Assembly (NCBI RefSeq): GCF_001194135.2
Contig: NC_068981.1
Location: 93,541,654 to 93,589,250 of the forward strand
From: Octopus bimaculoides
Taxonomy: Eukaryota
DNA: 47,597 nt
Direction: 5' to 3'
Below the pieces are notes generated by a model. That model worked only from the letters and a program-made list of their open reading frames with translations, was not told the origin of the DNA and ran no database searches. Of this stretch, positions 25,684 through 37,668 are shown in pieces. Position numbers and translations under genes: made by a program. How positions within the stretch are numbered: position 1 is the first letter of the stretch; each line of letters begins with the position of its first letter.

Positions 25684-25866
25684 AGTTACACAAACAGATA
25701 GACAGATAGGCAAATAGACAGACAGACACGCAAACAGACAGACAGACAGACACGCAAACAGACAGACAGACACGCAAACAGACAGACAGGCAGACAGACA
25801 CACAGGCAGTCAGACAGTCAGATAGCTAGCTAGCTAGTTAGTTAGCTAGCTAGCTAGCTAGCTAGC

Positions 25867-25941
<75 letters not shown>
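25684..25941. repeat. (GACA)(GCTA)(GATA) compound microsatellite
   Basis: Directly visible. Confidence 0.95.
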
Positions 25942-25974
25942 AGCTCGTGCTTTTGTGGGCGGGGTGCCTAAGCG

Positions 25975-26110
25975 CAGTATGGCCGAACGTTTAGGAAGTT
26001 CTCTTTGCAACCGTAAAGTCTCAGGTTCGATCATGCTGCAGAGCAACTTGGGTAAATGTCATCTATAATCTCGTGTGAAACCATAGCATCTGGATGAAAC
26101 TAAGTCGGAA
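25975..26110 (+). mobile_element. degenerate SINE family B head and CORE-like body
   Basis: tRNA-like head with B box GGTTCGATC, then ACTTGGGTAAATGTC (CORE-like). Confidence 0.5.
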
Positions 26111-26449
26111 AGGGATTAAAATGGGCAGGATTCAAAAGCTCCTTCATGCACTCTATCACGTTGATTCTGCCTAAGAATTAAATGAACGTTATATACGTAA
26201 ATTCCAGGATAGTTAACAGTTATTTCAGTTGATTGGACAACTGATTGCTCATTACCCAACGACAGAGATCCAACAATACCACACACGATACCACACACAT
26301 ATAAATATGCATGTGTGTATGTGTGTGTGTGTGTGCGCGTCTGTCTGTCTGTTTTCCGTTTGAACTACAAGGGGATTTTTGGTTACTTTTTGGTACTCCC
26401 TCATGTATATATATATATATATATATATATCCTTCACCAAAAGCCAAAC

Positions 26450-26540
26450 CCATAGAATTGACTCAGCTGAAAGGCGATTACAATGGCGGTGCCCTAGCAT
26501 GGCCGTAGCCTCAATACTGAAACGAAAAACAGAATAACAG
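26450..26540 (+). mobile_element. SINE family B 3' tail fragment
   Basis: GGCGGTGCCCTAGCATGGCCGTAGC...ACTGAAAC. Confidence 0.55.
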
Positions 26541-26571
26541 AATAAAAGAATATATATATATAAATAAAAGA

Positions 26572-26605
<34 letters not shown>

Positions 26606-28784
26606 GTGTGTGCGTGTGCGTGTGTGTGTGTGCGCGTGTGTGTGTGTGTGTGTGTGTATGTGTGTGTGTATGTGTAATGGATTCTCTGTTGAAGGCAGCG
26701 TATGAGTGTTCAGCTTTAGCCGAACGACCTGTACAAATGATTTGCTTATAATGATCAAATACATGTGCTGTATATTAGCTCGCCCTATCCTTTCAAATCG
26801 ACATTGTTTGTACAGGGACACGGTGTGCCATGTGTCAGGTGTCGAAGTGATAACAGAACAACATAAGNNNNNNNNNNNNNNNNNNNNNNNNNNNNNNNNN
26901 NNNNNNNNNNNNNNNNNNNNNNNNNNNNNNNNNNNNNNNNNNNNNNNNNNNNNNNNNNNNNNNNNNNNNNNNNNNNNNNNNNNNNNNNNNNNNNNNNNNN
27001 NNNNNNNNNNNNNNNNNNNNNNNNNNNNNNNNNNNNNNNNNNNNNNNNNNNNNNNNNNNNNNNNNNNNNNNNNNNNNNNNNNNNNNNNNNNNNNNNNNNN
27101 NNNNNNNNNNNNNNNNNNNNNNNNNNNNNNNNNNNNNNNNNNNNNNNNNNNNNNNNNNNNNNNNNNNNNNNNNNNNNNNNNNNNNNNNNNNNNNNNNNNN
27201 NNNNNNNNNNNNNNNNNNNNNNNNNNNNNNNNNNNNNNNNNNNNNNNNNNNNNNNNNNNNNNNNNNNNNNNNNNNNNNNNNNNNNNNNNNNNNNNNNNNN
27301 NNNNNNNNNNNNNNNNNNNNNNNNNNNNNNNNNNNNNNNNNNNNNNNNNNNNNNNNNNNNNNNNNNNNNNNNNNNNNNNNNNNNNNNNNNNNNNNNNNNN
27401 NNNNNNNNNNNNNNNNNNNNNNNNNNNNNNNNNNNNNNNNNNNNNNNNNNNNNNNNNNNNNNNNNNNNNNNNNNNTATATATATATATATATATATATAT
27501 ATTAGTTTACAGGTTTATAATTAATTCCGTTTCAGTTATTTCTGTTAACTATTCCGGATTCATGAGTGAAGAAGAAATGAAATTATTAGTAAAATTGTTA
27601 GGAGGAGGAGAAGATGAATAGAAGTGAGAGAGGCAGTGAAACTCTAAGATCAAAGAGTCAACGTTAGATTTAGTTGTGGCGAGTTACTTAATTTAATATT
27701 ATGGACGTTTTAGGTCATTTATTGTCAGACAGACCTACCGTTTAAAGTTCACCATAAGATATTAAAGTTAACAGATGGAAGAGAATTTGTATTAATAAAT
27801 TGTAAATGCCTTATATGAGGACGCATTTACCCTCAGAATGCTACAATGAGTGTTAGTTATGTTGGAGTAAGACGATCCAGGAGGCTAGTTTACTGGCTCC
27901 CCATTGTCGGTCATTAACTGCTTGCCTGTGAGTTTTCATGCATTTACTCGCTTAACTTCAGACGCTTTCATCAATTTGTCCACCATTTATATTAAACCCA
28001 TATGCGTACAATGCGACAAATGTTTAATTCATTCTCCTCGTTTATCTCTATCTACTTGGTTTATTATAAAGACCTATATAGATTTGACTGTTCGCTATGC
28101 ATTACCCACGCTTCCCTCATAACTTCTTTCCTCAGATGTCTCTAGTTATTTTCCTTCCTCCATTTTACTAGTTCCTATATTACTTCTCAAAATTATTTCG
28201 TTTCTGTTTCAGTTTTTTCATTTTATAATTTCACCAACATAAGATTTTCTAACACTTTTTTTTTGTAAGCTACATATTAATTTTAAACTTAATATGCCTT
28301 CGTTTCAAAATATTTCTTACTTTATACGAACTTAATATTATTTGAGATTATTTTTCTTATCTCTCATGTATCTTTCATAGAATTTATATAAGCTTTCTTT
28401 CTCTAACCTTTCCATAATAGTCGGTCTGAACATTTCTAAATACATTTGTTGCAATTTGCGCTTTATCATTAGTCCTTTATCATTTTTCGTTTTTCTAAAT
28501 TCTCTCTCGACTCTTTATAATCGTAACTAATGCTAAACCTTAAACTAAAGGTGTGTTACTATATATGGAATGTTACTATATATGGAATTAAGCATCAACA
28601 AATTTAAATAACCCACACCTCAAAGCGAAATCTATCATCACCTTTTCGAATTTACACATTCACTTCCTCTTTGACTACTTTATTCCTTCCTTCTGAATTC
28701 TTTCATCGATCTCTGTACTGAAATTATTTCATTAATTCTGAAGTGACCGAAATAATCGAAACAAAATCATAAACTGAAAACTAA

Positions 28785-28983
28785 TACACACACACACACA
28801 TACAAATATAGGTATGTATGTATGTATGTATGTATGTATGTATGTATGTATGTATGTATGTATTACACACACACACACGTATACACATACGTGTTAAAAT
28901 AGATTTTAACTAACTATATTTATATAAATGTATGAACACATATATATGTATGTGTCTGTATATATGTATATATATATATATAT

Positions 28984-29027
<44 letters not shown>

Positions 29028-29164
29028 GCACACATTTGAAATATATGTTTATATGTGTACGTTTTTATGTGTTGTATGTGCATATATTCATGTGTACATC
29101 TGTGTGTGTATGCATTGTTTTTGCAAGTGTGTGTGTGTGTGTGTATGTGTGTGTGTGTGTGTGT

Positions 29165-29229
<65 letters not shown>

Positions 29230-29235
29230 CGCGTG
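28785..29235. repeat. compound microsatellite (CA)(TATG)(TA)(GATA)(TG)
   Basis: Directly visible. Confidence 0.95.
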
Positions 29236-29271
29236 CTGTTATTTCTTTTGTTTCCTCTCTGCAATAATATT

Positions 29272-29390
29272 GCCAATCTTTATGTAATGGGACTAAAAAT
29301 CTGACGTCACACATGTAACACGCATAGCTCTCGTGCTACTCAATAGGTGCAGTTTCCATGGTAACTACTGCAAACTAATCAATAGAACCG
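29272..29390. promoter_or_regulatory. putative RFX X-box + CRE + CCAAT cluster
   Basis: GTTTCCATGGTAAC at 29352-29365 fits the RFX consensus GTHNYY-AT-RRNAAC; palindromic CRE TGACGTCA at 29302-29309; CCAAT near 29273. Confidence 0.4.
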
Positions 29391-29606
29391 ACTCTTTCTG
29401 TTCCTAATACTCCATCGTACACTTCTTCAAAAAACGTTTCCCTTTTTCTGTTATTGATTTTTAATATTTATTATAATTCCACTTCTTTTTATCCCTTCAG
29501 GATTATTTCCCCATTGTTCTTCTCCTTCATACGAAGTCCCTCATTCTAGTTCCTAATTTCTGATATTCTATTTCTCCATATTCCTGAATATCTTTCTGCG
29601 TGTATT

Positions 29607-29627
29607 CTCTCTGTCTGTCTGTCTGTC

Positions 29628-29686
<59 letters not shown>

Positions 29687-29696
29687 NNNNNNNNNN

Positions 29697-29773
<77 letters not shown>

Positions 29774-29925
29774 ACAAATATGCACAATCGTATATGGGTA
29801 TGTATATATATATATATATATATATATTGCACAATATATATATATATATATAGATATATATATATATATATGNNNNNNNNNNTATATATATATGTGTGTA
29901 TATATAATCTATAATATAGTGCACA

Positions 29926-29957
<32 letters not shown>

Positions 29958-30217
29958 ATACATATATATATAATCTATATAAATATCATATATATTATAC
30001 ATAATATATATGCGTATGCTTACATTTATACACACACACACACATAGATATATACATATACATATATTCTTTCCTTCCTTCCTTCTTTCCTTCCTTCTTT
30101 CTTTTCCTCTTTCCTTCTTTCCTTCCTTCTTTCTTTCCTTCCTTCCTTCCTTCTTCTTTTATAGCCCTCCTTCTTTCCTTTCTTTTCTTTCCTACCTTCC
30201 TTCTTTCCTTCCTTCCT

Positions 30218-30285
<68 letters not shown>

Positions 30286-30386
30286 CACATATTTATGTGC
30301 ACATACATCATATATATGTATAGCTCTAAAGAGAGATAGAGAGATAAACTGAGAGACTTACACACCGAGAGGGAGAGAGAGTATGT

Positions 30387-30427
<41 letters not shown>

Positions 30428-30430
30428 AGC
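29607..30430. repeat. compound microsatellites (CT)(TA)(CTTC)(TG)(GAAA)
   Basis: Directly visible. Confidence 0.95.
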
Positions 30431-30682
30431 GTCTATCTGAGGTCAGAAATTTGGAGGAAAGTGTTGGTCGATTTGAGGGGCCTCTGTAATTGATAGGTTC
30501 TCTGTTGTTATCAAACCAGTAGGAATAAAAGGCAAATTTTTCCATGCAGGGATTTTAACTCAGAGCGTAAGAAAACCATTTTGCTCTGTTTCTATTAATC
30601 CACTGCCTTAACAACTGCGTGATTGAATGTATGCATGTGTGTATGTATGTATGTATGTATGTATGTATGTTTGTATGTGTGT

Positions 30683-31530
30683 TATTATTTAGTTTCATTT
30701 CAATATTTCCTTCCAGTGGAGAAAGAGCCGGTTTCTAACCTAGATCCAACGCTCCTTAATTGGAATTTCAATACCATCAACATGGTATATTTGTTTGAAT
30801 ATATATCTGCAGATTTGCATGTTTTGATATATATATGTATTCTCATGCATATTGTTGCATGTCTAGACCTGCTCATATGTACTTAAATGATAAACCCCTG
30901 GAAAGTCTTACAGATTTTACAGTTCCAGTGATGGCTTGAAACTGTAGTCTTCGAATCAGCTTTCTCCTTTCTAGTTTTGAGAAGCCTAATTTCGTAAGAT
31001 TGGTATTTAGGCCGAATGTTACATATCTCAGTGCCCCAATAATTACAGGTATAAACCTGAACTTGTAACCTGGATTGAGTAACTGCAGATTTCTGAATAG
31101 TTCAGTGTAGGTATTCTATTTCACATGTACTTCAAATACATTGTAGGCCACTGTTTTATTGAATGCAGAGAATTCCGAGGTTCAAATTCTTTAGTAGCTC
31201 GTGTTTTGATACAAGAGCCATTGTAAGATATGTTTTCATCCACCTCAAGATACCTGTAATATTCCTCATCAGATATAGGGGAAACAGTTAAGTCATTGAT
31301 GGAAATGTTGCTAGTCAGGTTTACAGTTTTCCCTCTTTCTACGATCATATACCAACATTTATCGTGACCAAGTTCCTGCCTTGTATCCTTTGAGAATGTT
31401 GTCACCGGGTCAAGGCTCTATTTCATCCCATGCATATTCTTTGCATATAGTTTCAAGTTATCCACAAAGAAACAGTGTGTAATTTTGGTATTTGTTTCCT
31501 TGTAAAACAGTGTGCTATCTTTGAGACTTT
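30683..31530 (-). mobile_element. R4/Dong-like LINE relic 1 (internally deleted)
   Basis: ITHCFFVDNLKLYAK (RT catalytic region), FSKD..QELGHDKC, YRYLEVDENI, then RLE end NLQLLNPGYKFRFIPVIIGAL...LQFQAITGTVK; the 3' UTR ends at a short TAA run. Confidence 0.75.
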
Positions 31531-31536
31531 CTCAAC

Positions 31537-31793
31537 ATGTATGTATGTATGTATGTATGTATGTATGTATGCATGCGTGTATGTATGTATGTATGTATGT
31601 ATGTATGAGTGTATGAATGTATGCATGCATGTATGTATATACGTATGTATGTATGAATGTATGTATGTATATACGTATGTGCGTGCATATATTTATGTAT
31701 ACAGGTAGATACAAGTACATATATGTATGTATATTCACACGTCTAATACCTACACACAAATAAAAATCACACTCACAAAAACTCACATACACT

Positions 31794-31833
<40 letters not shown>

Positions 31834-31887
31834 TATATATTTAGAGAGAGAAAAAGGTAAATCGATACATAGATAGATAGATAGATG

Positions 31888-31939
<52 letters not shown>

Positions 31940-31985
31940 CATACATACATACATACATACATACATACATACATACATACATACA
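31537..31985. repeat. (TATG)(CA)(GATA)(TACA) microsatellites
   Basis: Directly visible. Confidence 0.95.
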
Positions 31986-32211
31986 GTCTATTTTTTAGAC
32001 GAATCTTCCACATCAATTTTCCTATTTACAGATTCTGCAGCAATTATAGAAAACCACAGATCTATATTTAGATACGAAATACAAAAGAGATTACATCATC
32101 CAATGTGAAATGCATGTTAACCACAGAAAAGCTTATGAGCCTGACACATTTGCATTGTAGTTTATCGCCCAAACGTATGCTTCGACGTTATGAGCACGCT
32201 TACATTGTCTG

Positions 32212-32372
32212 TTCAGACATGGAACTTTTGAGGTCATGAAAAATCTTATAAATTAGGTTCTGATGAGTAACCTGCCTTCTATGAATCTTAGACTCCTTTT
32301 TTTTCCGAATACGGTGTCAGTTCCATCCTTTTGGTATTGTAAGAACAAATTGATTTCAAGTTTTAGCAATTT
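32212..32372 (+). repeat. ~160-bp diverged direct repeat, copy 1 (copy 2 at 34757-34918)
   Basis: Shared blocks ACTTTTGAGGT.ATGAAAAATCTTATA and CATCCTTTTGGTATTGTAAGAA. Confidence 0.85.
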
Positions 32373-32434
<62 letters not shown>

Positions 32435-32447
32435 ATAATAATATTAA
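32373..32447. repeat. (TAG)n(TAA)n tract
   Basis: Directly visible. Confidence 0.95.
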
Positions 32448-32866
32448 TAAATGCTCGGATACAGTACCAGGCAGTGGCTCTCATGGCTTCTGATCTAAAT
32501 TGATTGGAAGTTTTATCATGTACATTGTTTTGTCTTGGTATAAAAAGATGGGCTACAGCAAATATTCAGCTTAATACCACAGATTTGCTTGTAAGTTGTT
32601 TGACCGTAACCAGTTGAGCATGTCCTTTGGTGGATGACAATATGTGCATCTCTAATCATGAGCAGAAATAGTGGGGGAGCATCATAGCCATGTGTTGAGA
32701 GGAATTCTTTGGGGTTTGAATAGTTCACCTTTGGAAACATGTTGTCTCTNNNNNNNNNNAATTCTTTGGGGTTTGAATAGTTCACCTTTGGAAACATGTT
32801 GTCTCTTGAGGTCTCTGGGTGAGACTTGGAGCCAACTTGTACAAATACAAAGCAAAAGTCAAGCAT
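32448..32866 (+). mobile_element. TAA-flanked module copy A fused to an R4 LINE 3' UTR end
   Basis: Module 5' part up to GGAAACATG (32798), then TTGTCTCTTGAGGTCTCTGGGTGAGACTTGG...AAAAGTCAA, nearly identical to the LINE 3' UTR at 34378-34448. Confidence 0.8.
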
Positions 32867-32880
32867 ATAACAATAATAAT

Positions 32881-33214
32881 AAATGCCCTGATGCAGTACC
32901 AGGCAGTGGTTCTCATGTCTTTTGATCTTAACTGATTGGAAGTGTTATCATATACATTGTTTTGTCTTTGTATAAAAGATGGGCTACAGTAAATATTCTG
33001 CGCAATACCACAGATTTTCTTCTCAGTTGTTTGGCCTTATGTGCATCTCTGATCACGAGCAGAAGTAGTGGGGAAGCATTATAGCCATGTGTTGAGAGGA
33101 ATTCTTTGGAGCTTGGATAATTCACCTCAGGAAATATGGGTGTTTTGTTCAACATCCTTAACTGGGCTTCGTATATTTTACCCCTAGAGTCACTTTGATG
33201 GCATGCATTCACTC
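32881..33214 (+). mobile_element. TAA-flanked module copy B (internally deleted)
   Basis: Starts AAATGCCCTGATGCAGTACCAGGCAGTGG, ends GCATGCATTCACTC-(AAT)n; lacks roughly 200 bp present in copy C. Confidence 0.8.

Positions 33215-33280
<66 letters not shown>
33215..33280. repeat. (TAA)n tract
   Basis: Directly visible. Confidence 0.97.
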
Positions 33281-33281
<1 letters not shown>

Positions 33282-34448
33282 GGCAGATATAGAACGTCTT
33301 TATCTGCCAAGAAAAGAAGGAGGCCGAGGACTTTTACAGCTGGCATTATCAATGAAGGTAGCCACAATTGGCCTAGACACCTATCTGAAAAACTCTGAGG
33401 ACTGGATGCTAAAACTTGTCTTAAAATATGAAAGCAAGAAAGCATCTTACTCAGTAACAAAACAGGCAAAGGAATATCTAAGTGAATTCCAATTGCAACA
33501 AATTCAAGAATTAGACGAACTAGAAACACCTGNNNNNNNNNNNNNNNNNNNNNNNNNNNNNNNNNNNNNNNNNNNNNNNNNNNNNNNNNNNNNNNNNNNN
33601 NNNNNNNNNNNNNNNNNNNNNNNNNNNNNNNNNNNNNNNNNNNNNNNNNNNNNNNNNNNNNNNNNNNNNNNNNNNNNNNNNNNNNNNNNNNNNNNNNNNN
33701 NNNNNNNNNNNNNNNNNNNNNNNNNNNNNNNNNNNNNNNNNNNNNNNNNNNNNNNNNNNNNNNNNNNNNNNNNNNNNNNNNNNNNNNNNNNNNNNNNNNN
33801 NNNNNNNNNNNNNNNNNNNNNNNNNNNNNNNNNNNNNNNNNNNNNNNNNNNNNNNNNNNNNNNNNNNNNNNNNNNNNNNNNNNNNNNNNNNNNNNNNNNN
33901 NNNNNNNNNNNNNNNNNNNNNNNNNNNNNNNNNNNNNNNNNNNNNNNNNNNNNNNNNNNNNNNNNNNNNNNNNNNNNNNNNNNNNNNNNNNNNNNNNNNN
34001 NNNNNNNNNNNNNNNNNNNNNNNNNNNNNNNNNNNNNNNNNNNNNNNNNNNNNNNNNNNNNNNNNNNNNNNNNNNNNNNNNNNNNNNNNNNNNNNNNNNN
34101 NNNNNNNNNNNNNNNNNNNNNNNNNNNNNNNNNNNNNNNNNNNNNNNNNNNNNNNNNNNNNNNNNNNNNAGATTCCAGGAAACCCCAAAATGGCTGAAGT
34201 TCAAAAAATAGTGCTCATGGGAACTGCCCATATCCTACGTAAAATACTGTCTATGTGATCTCACATTTTAAAGCAAACACATAATTTTCTTATGGTTTCT
34301 TAAACATTCACTTGAACAAAACTGTACAAATCCAAATACATGGTACCCTAGGCATAACACCTACATGAACTTCTAACTTGTTGTCTCTTGAGGTCTCTGG
34401 GTGAGACTTGGATCCAACTTGTACAAATGCAAAACAAAAGTCAAACAT
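33281..34448 (+). mobile_element. R4/Dong-like LINE relic 2 (5'-truncated, gap inside)
   Basis: KADIERLYLPRKEGGRGLLQL at the start; IPGNPKMAEVQKIVLMGTAHILRKILSM* at the end; 3' UTR followed by (AAT)n. Confidence 0.85.
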
Positions 34449-34486
34449 AAAATAATAATAATAATAATAATAAAAATAATAATAAT

Positions 34487-34700
34487 CCTTTCTATTATAG
34501 GCACAAAGCCTTAAATTTTGGAAGAGGGGGGTTAGTCGATTACATCGACCCAGTGTTTGACTGGTACGCATTTTATCGATTCCGAAACGATGAAAGACAA
34601 AGTCGACCTCGAAGAAACTTGAACTCAGAAAGTAAAGACTGACGAAATGGTGCTAAGTATCTTGCTCGGGGTGCCAAAGATTCTGCCGGTTCGCCGCCTC
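34487..34700 (-). mobile_element. SINE family A, full length
   Basis: Reverse-complement homology; abuts the TAA tail of LINE relic 2. Confidence 0.85.
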
Positions 34701-34904
34701 ATTGGAACAATGTACTAGTATCAATTTTTCTTTGCTTTACAGAGACACCAAATTTCTTCAGACCTGGGACTTTTGAGGTTATGAAAAATCTTATAGATTA
34801 GTTTCCGATGATGGACCAGCCTTCTTTGAATCTTGCATTTTTTTGTTTTTCGAATACGATGTCAGTTTCATCCTTTTGGTATTGTAAGAATATATTGATT
34901 TCAA

Positions 34905-35062
34905 ATTTTAGCAGTTTTAGGGGAGGGTGAAAGCCGATTACATTGACTCCAGTGCTTAACTGATACTTATTTTATCGACACTGAAAGGATGTCGACCTCG
35001 AGGGAATTTGAGGTAAGAACGTAAAGACGGAGGGAGTGTCACTAAGCATCTTGCCCGGGTAC
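34905..35062 (-). mobile_element. SINE family A, diverged
   Basis: GTCGACCTCGAGGGAATTTGA...AGAACGTAAAGACG...CTAAGCATC. Confidence 0.7.
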
Positions 35063-35092
35063 CAAATTTGACCGAGGAATATACATTTGTAC

Positions 35093-35415
35093 ATTAGGTA
35101 AGTGTCTTCTACCATAGCCACTGACCGACCAAATGCATTGTGAATGATTTTGATGGACGGAAACTTTGTGGAATCTCGTTGTATGTCTGTATATGTGTGC
35201 CTGTCTGTGTTTGCGTTTCTCACCCTTATACCGCTTGACAACCGGTGTTGGTTTGTCTACGCCACTGTAAATTTAGCGGTTCAGCGAAAGAGACCGATAG
35301 AATAAGTACCAGACTTAGTAAACATAAGTATTTGCATCGGTTAGTTGGAGTAAACTCTTCAGAGCGGTGCCCCAGAATGGCTGCGGCCCAATGACTGTGG
35401 CAAGTGAAGGAGAAA
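35093..35415 (+). mobile_element. SINE family B body and tail
   Basis: AAGTGTCTTCTACCATAGCC...GACGGAAACT, (TG)n spacer, CCGCTTGACAACCG...GAGACCGATAGAATAAGTAC...GCGGTGCCCCAGAATGGCTGC. Confidence 0.7.
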
Positions 35416-35659
35416 AGCTAAAAGATACATGAATGTAGCTAACTGAACGAAAGAAACTACAGAATCAGAGGTATAAGAATATTGCAAACAGAGCGTGAGA
35501 AGCATGAAACGAAATGAATGGTTAGTAATGTAAAATAATGGAGAAATAAAGAATAGTGAGAGATGCGAAGACAAGTTTAACACCTAAATATACAGCTCAT
35601 GTATGTACGCATTTATGCAAGTATCTATTTCTATATATATACCTATATCTATCTACCTG

Positions 35660-35855
35660 TTTATAGGGGGGGGGTAGTTGGCGACCCCTGTTGTACTCTT
35701 TCGCCCCAACTTTCTCTCACTCTTTCTTCCTGTTTCTTGAGTAAAGCTGCGATGGACTGGTGTTCCGTCCAGCTGGAGGGGGGCAACTCATACGCCATAG
35801 AAACCGAGAAACTGGGCCCATGTGCCTGGCTAGGCTCTAAAAAGGGCGCATAAAA
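35660..35855 (+). mobile_element. SINE-like 3' fragment, family D, with A-tail
   Basis: GCGATGGACTGGTGTTCCGTCCAG motif, which I recall from widespread SINE central domains; ends in AAAAAAAA. Confidence 0.4.
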
Positions 35856-35879
35856 AAAATATATATAGATAGATATAAA

Positions 35880-36045
35880 CTTTCACTCGTTAGACTGCGG
35901 CCATGCTGGGACACCGCCTTCAAATCTTCACGAGAAGAATTTTTGTTACGATAATCTTATGAAAATTTACACCAGGGGGTGGGACTGAACCTGAAATCAT
36001 GTGGGTGGGAAGCAAACTTCTCCCCACACATCCAAGCCTGCAACT
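35880..36045 (-). mobile_element. SINE family B, internally deleted
   Basis: Tail GACTGCGGCCATGCTGG and head GTGGGACTGAACC...GGGAAGCAAACTTC. Confidence 0.65.
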
Positions 36046-37668
36046 AGAATATAAGAATAGTGTTGACAGTGCCTTCGAAGTTTCGGCCGACTAAGCCTCC
36101 ATCGAAGTCACTTTTAGTACTTTACTTATTAAAGAATAATGAATATGTACTCTGCAAAAAGTATTGTGTTATCCATCAATTTAATGCAAAATCATTTTTA
36201 TTGTTATTCAGCATAAATGTTAATACATACATATGTATGTGTGTTTGGGTTTGTGTGCATGTGTGTATATGTGTGTGTTTATATTGATATTGACCGTTTG
36301 TATAGTTACAAAACAGTCAAACATTTATTGAAATGCCACTTAATATATTTAAGAAAACCTTTCAACAAGAACTACATGACTTGTCTCTGACCCTATGACG
36401 CATACAAATTTAACCTTTTGCTTGAATGATCTCAAGACAAAAATGCATAGCCAATCCTTAAATTCTTAAGCAATTTTTTAAAATTTCATTTGAACAGAAC
36501 TAATGATATCCACCTAGCTAGTGTAATGTTTTCCTTAATCAGTTTTTTTCTTTTATTATTTGTTTCAATACAACAGAATAAACGTTTGCTCTCTTCGTCC
36601 TCTACCTCTCGCTCTTTTTCTTCTCTGCCCTACCTTTGTCTAAAAAGTTTTCCCACCAACTTATTTTCGTTCACACAAACACTCCAAAGCTTTCTATTCT
36701 ATTAGACGACATCTACTTTGCAACCATTAAGCCACTGACAAATGATGACCCAAAAAATATAAAAATAGAAAAATTTAACAAATCCAATTAAATTTGAGGG
36801 TTGGGCAATAGCTGCCGAGTCGAAACTTCGAAGCTACGATCAATAATTCCCTTGCAAATAATGTATATATATATATATATATATATNNNNNNNNNNNNNN
36901 NNNNNNNNNNNNNNNNNNNNNNNNNNNNNNNNNNNNNNNNNNNNNNNNNNNNNNNNNNNNNNNNNNNNNNNNNNNNNNNNNNNNNNNNNNNNNNNNNNNN
37001 NNNNNNNNNNNNNNNNNNNNNNNNNNNNNNNNNNNNNNNNNNNNNNNNNNNNNNNNNNNNNNNNNNNNNNNNNNNNNNNNNNNNNNNNNNNNNNNNNNNN
37101 NNNNNNNNNNNNNNNNNNNNNNNNNNNNNNNNNNNNNNNNNNNNNNNNNNNNNNNNNNNNNNNNNNNNNNNNNNNNNNNNNNNNNNNNNNNNNNNNNNNN
37201 NNNNNNNNNNNNNNNNNNNNNNNNNNNNNNNNNNNNNNNNNNNNNNNNNNNNNNNNNNNNNNNNNNNNNNNNNNNNNNNNNNNNNNNNNNNNNNNNNNNN
37301 NNNNNNNNNNNNNNNNNNNNNNNNNNNNNNNNNNNNNNNNNNNNNNNNNNNNNNNNNNNNNNNNNNNNNNNNNNNNNNNNNNNNNNNNNNNNNNNNNNNN
37401 NNNNNNNNNNNNNNNNNNNNNNNNNNNNNNNNNNNNNNNNNNNNNNNNNNNNNNNNNNNNNNNNNNNNNNNNNNNNNNNNNNNNNNNNNNNNNNNNNNNN
37501 NNNNNNNNNNNNNNNNNNNNNNNNNNNNNNNNNNNNNNNNNNNNNNNNNNNNNNNNNNNNNNNNNNNNNNNNNNNNNNNNNNNNNNNNNNNNNNNNNNNN
37601 NNNNNNNNNNNNNNNNNNNNNNNNNNNNNNNNNNNNNNNNNNNNNNNNNNNNNNNNNNNNNNNNNNNN

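Noticed and set aside
27880-28500. Possible old RTE-like 3' fragment on the minus strand
   Set aside because: The motif similarity is too weak to support.
28910-31982. ORFs of HT/YI/CV/ER/LS dipeptide repeats
   Set aside because: They are translations of microsatellites.
32704-32805. 46-bp perfect direct repeat (superficially CRISPR- or TSD-like)
   Set aside because: It straddles a 10-N gap, the same artefact pattern as at 45058-45108; there are no spacers or cas genes.
32881-32960. HDV-like ribozyme at the module 5' end
   Set aside because: A hairpin (CTTTTGATC/GATTGGAAG) exists, but no P1 pairing or J4/2 catalytic C could be placed.
36073-36833. 13-bp inverted match CTTCGAAGTTTCG about 740 bp apart
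   Set aside because: It does not extend convincingly and has no TSD.
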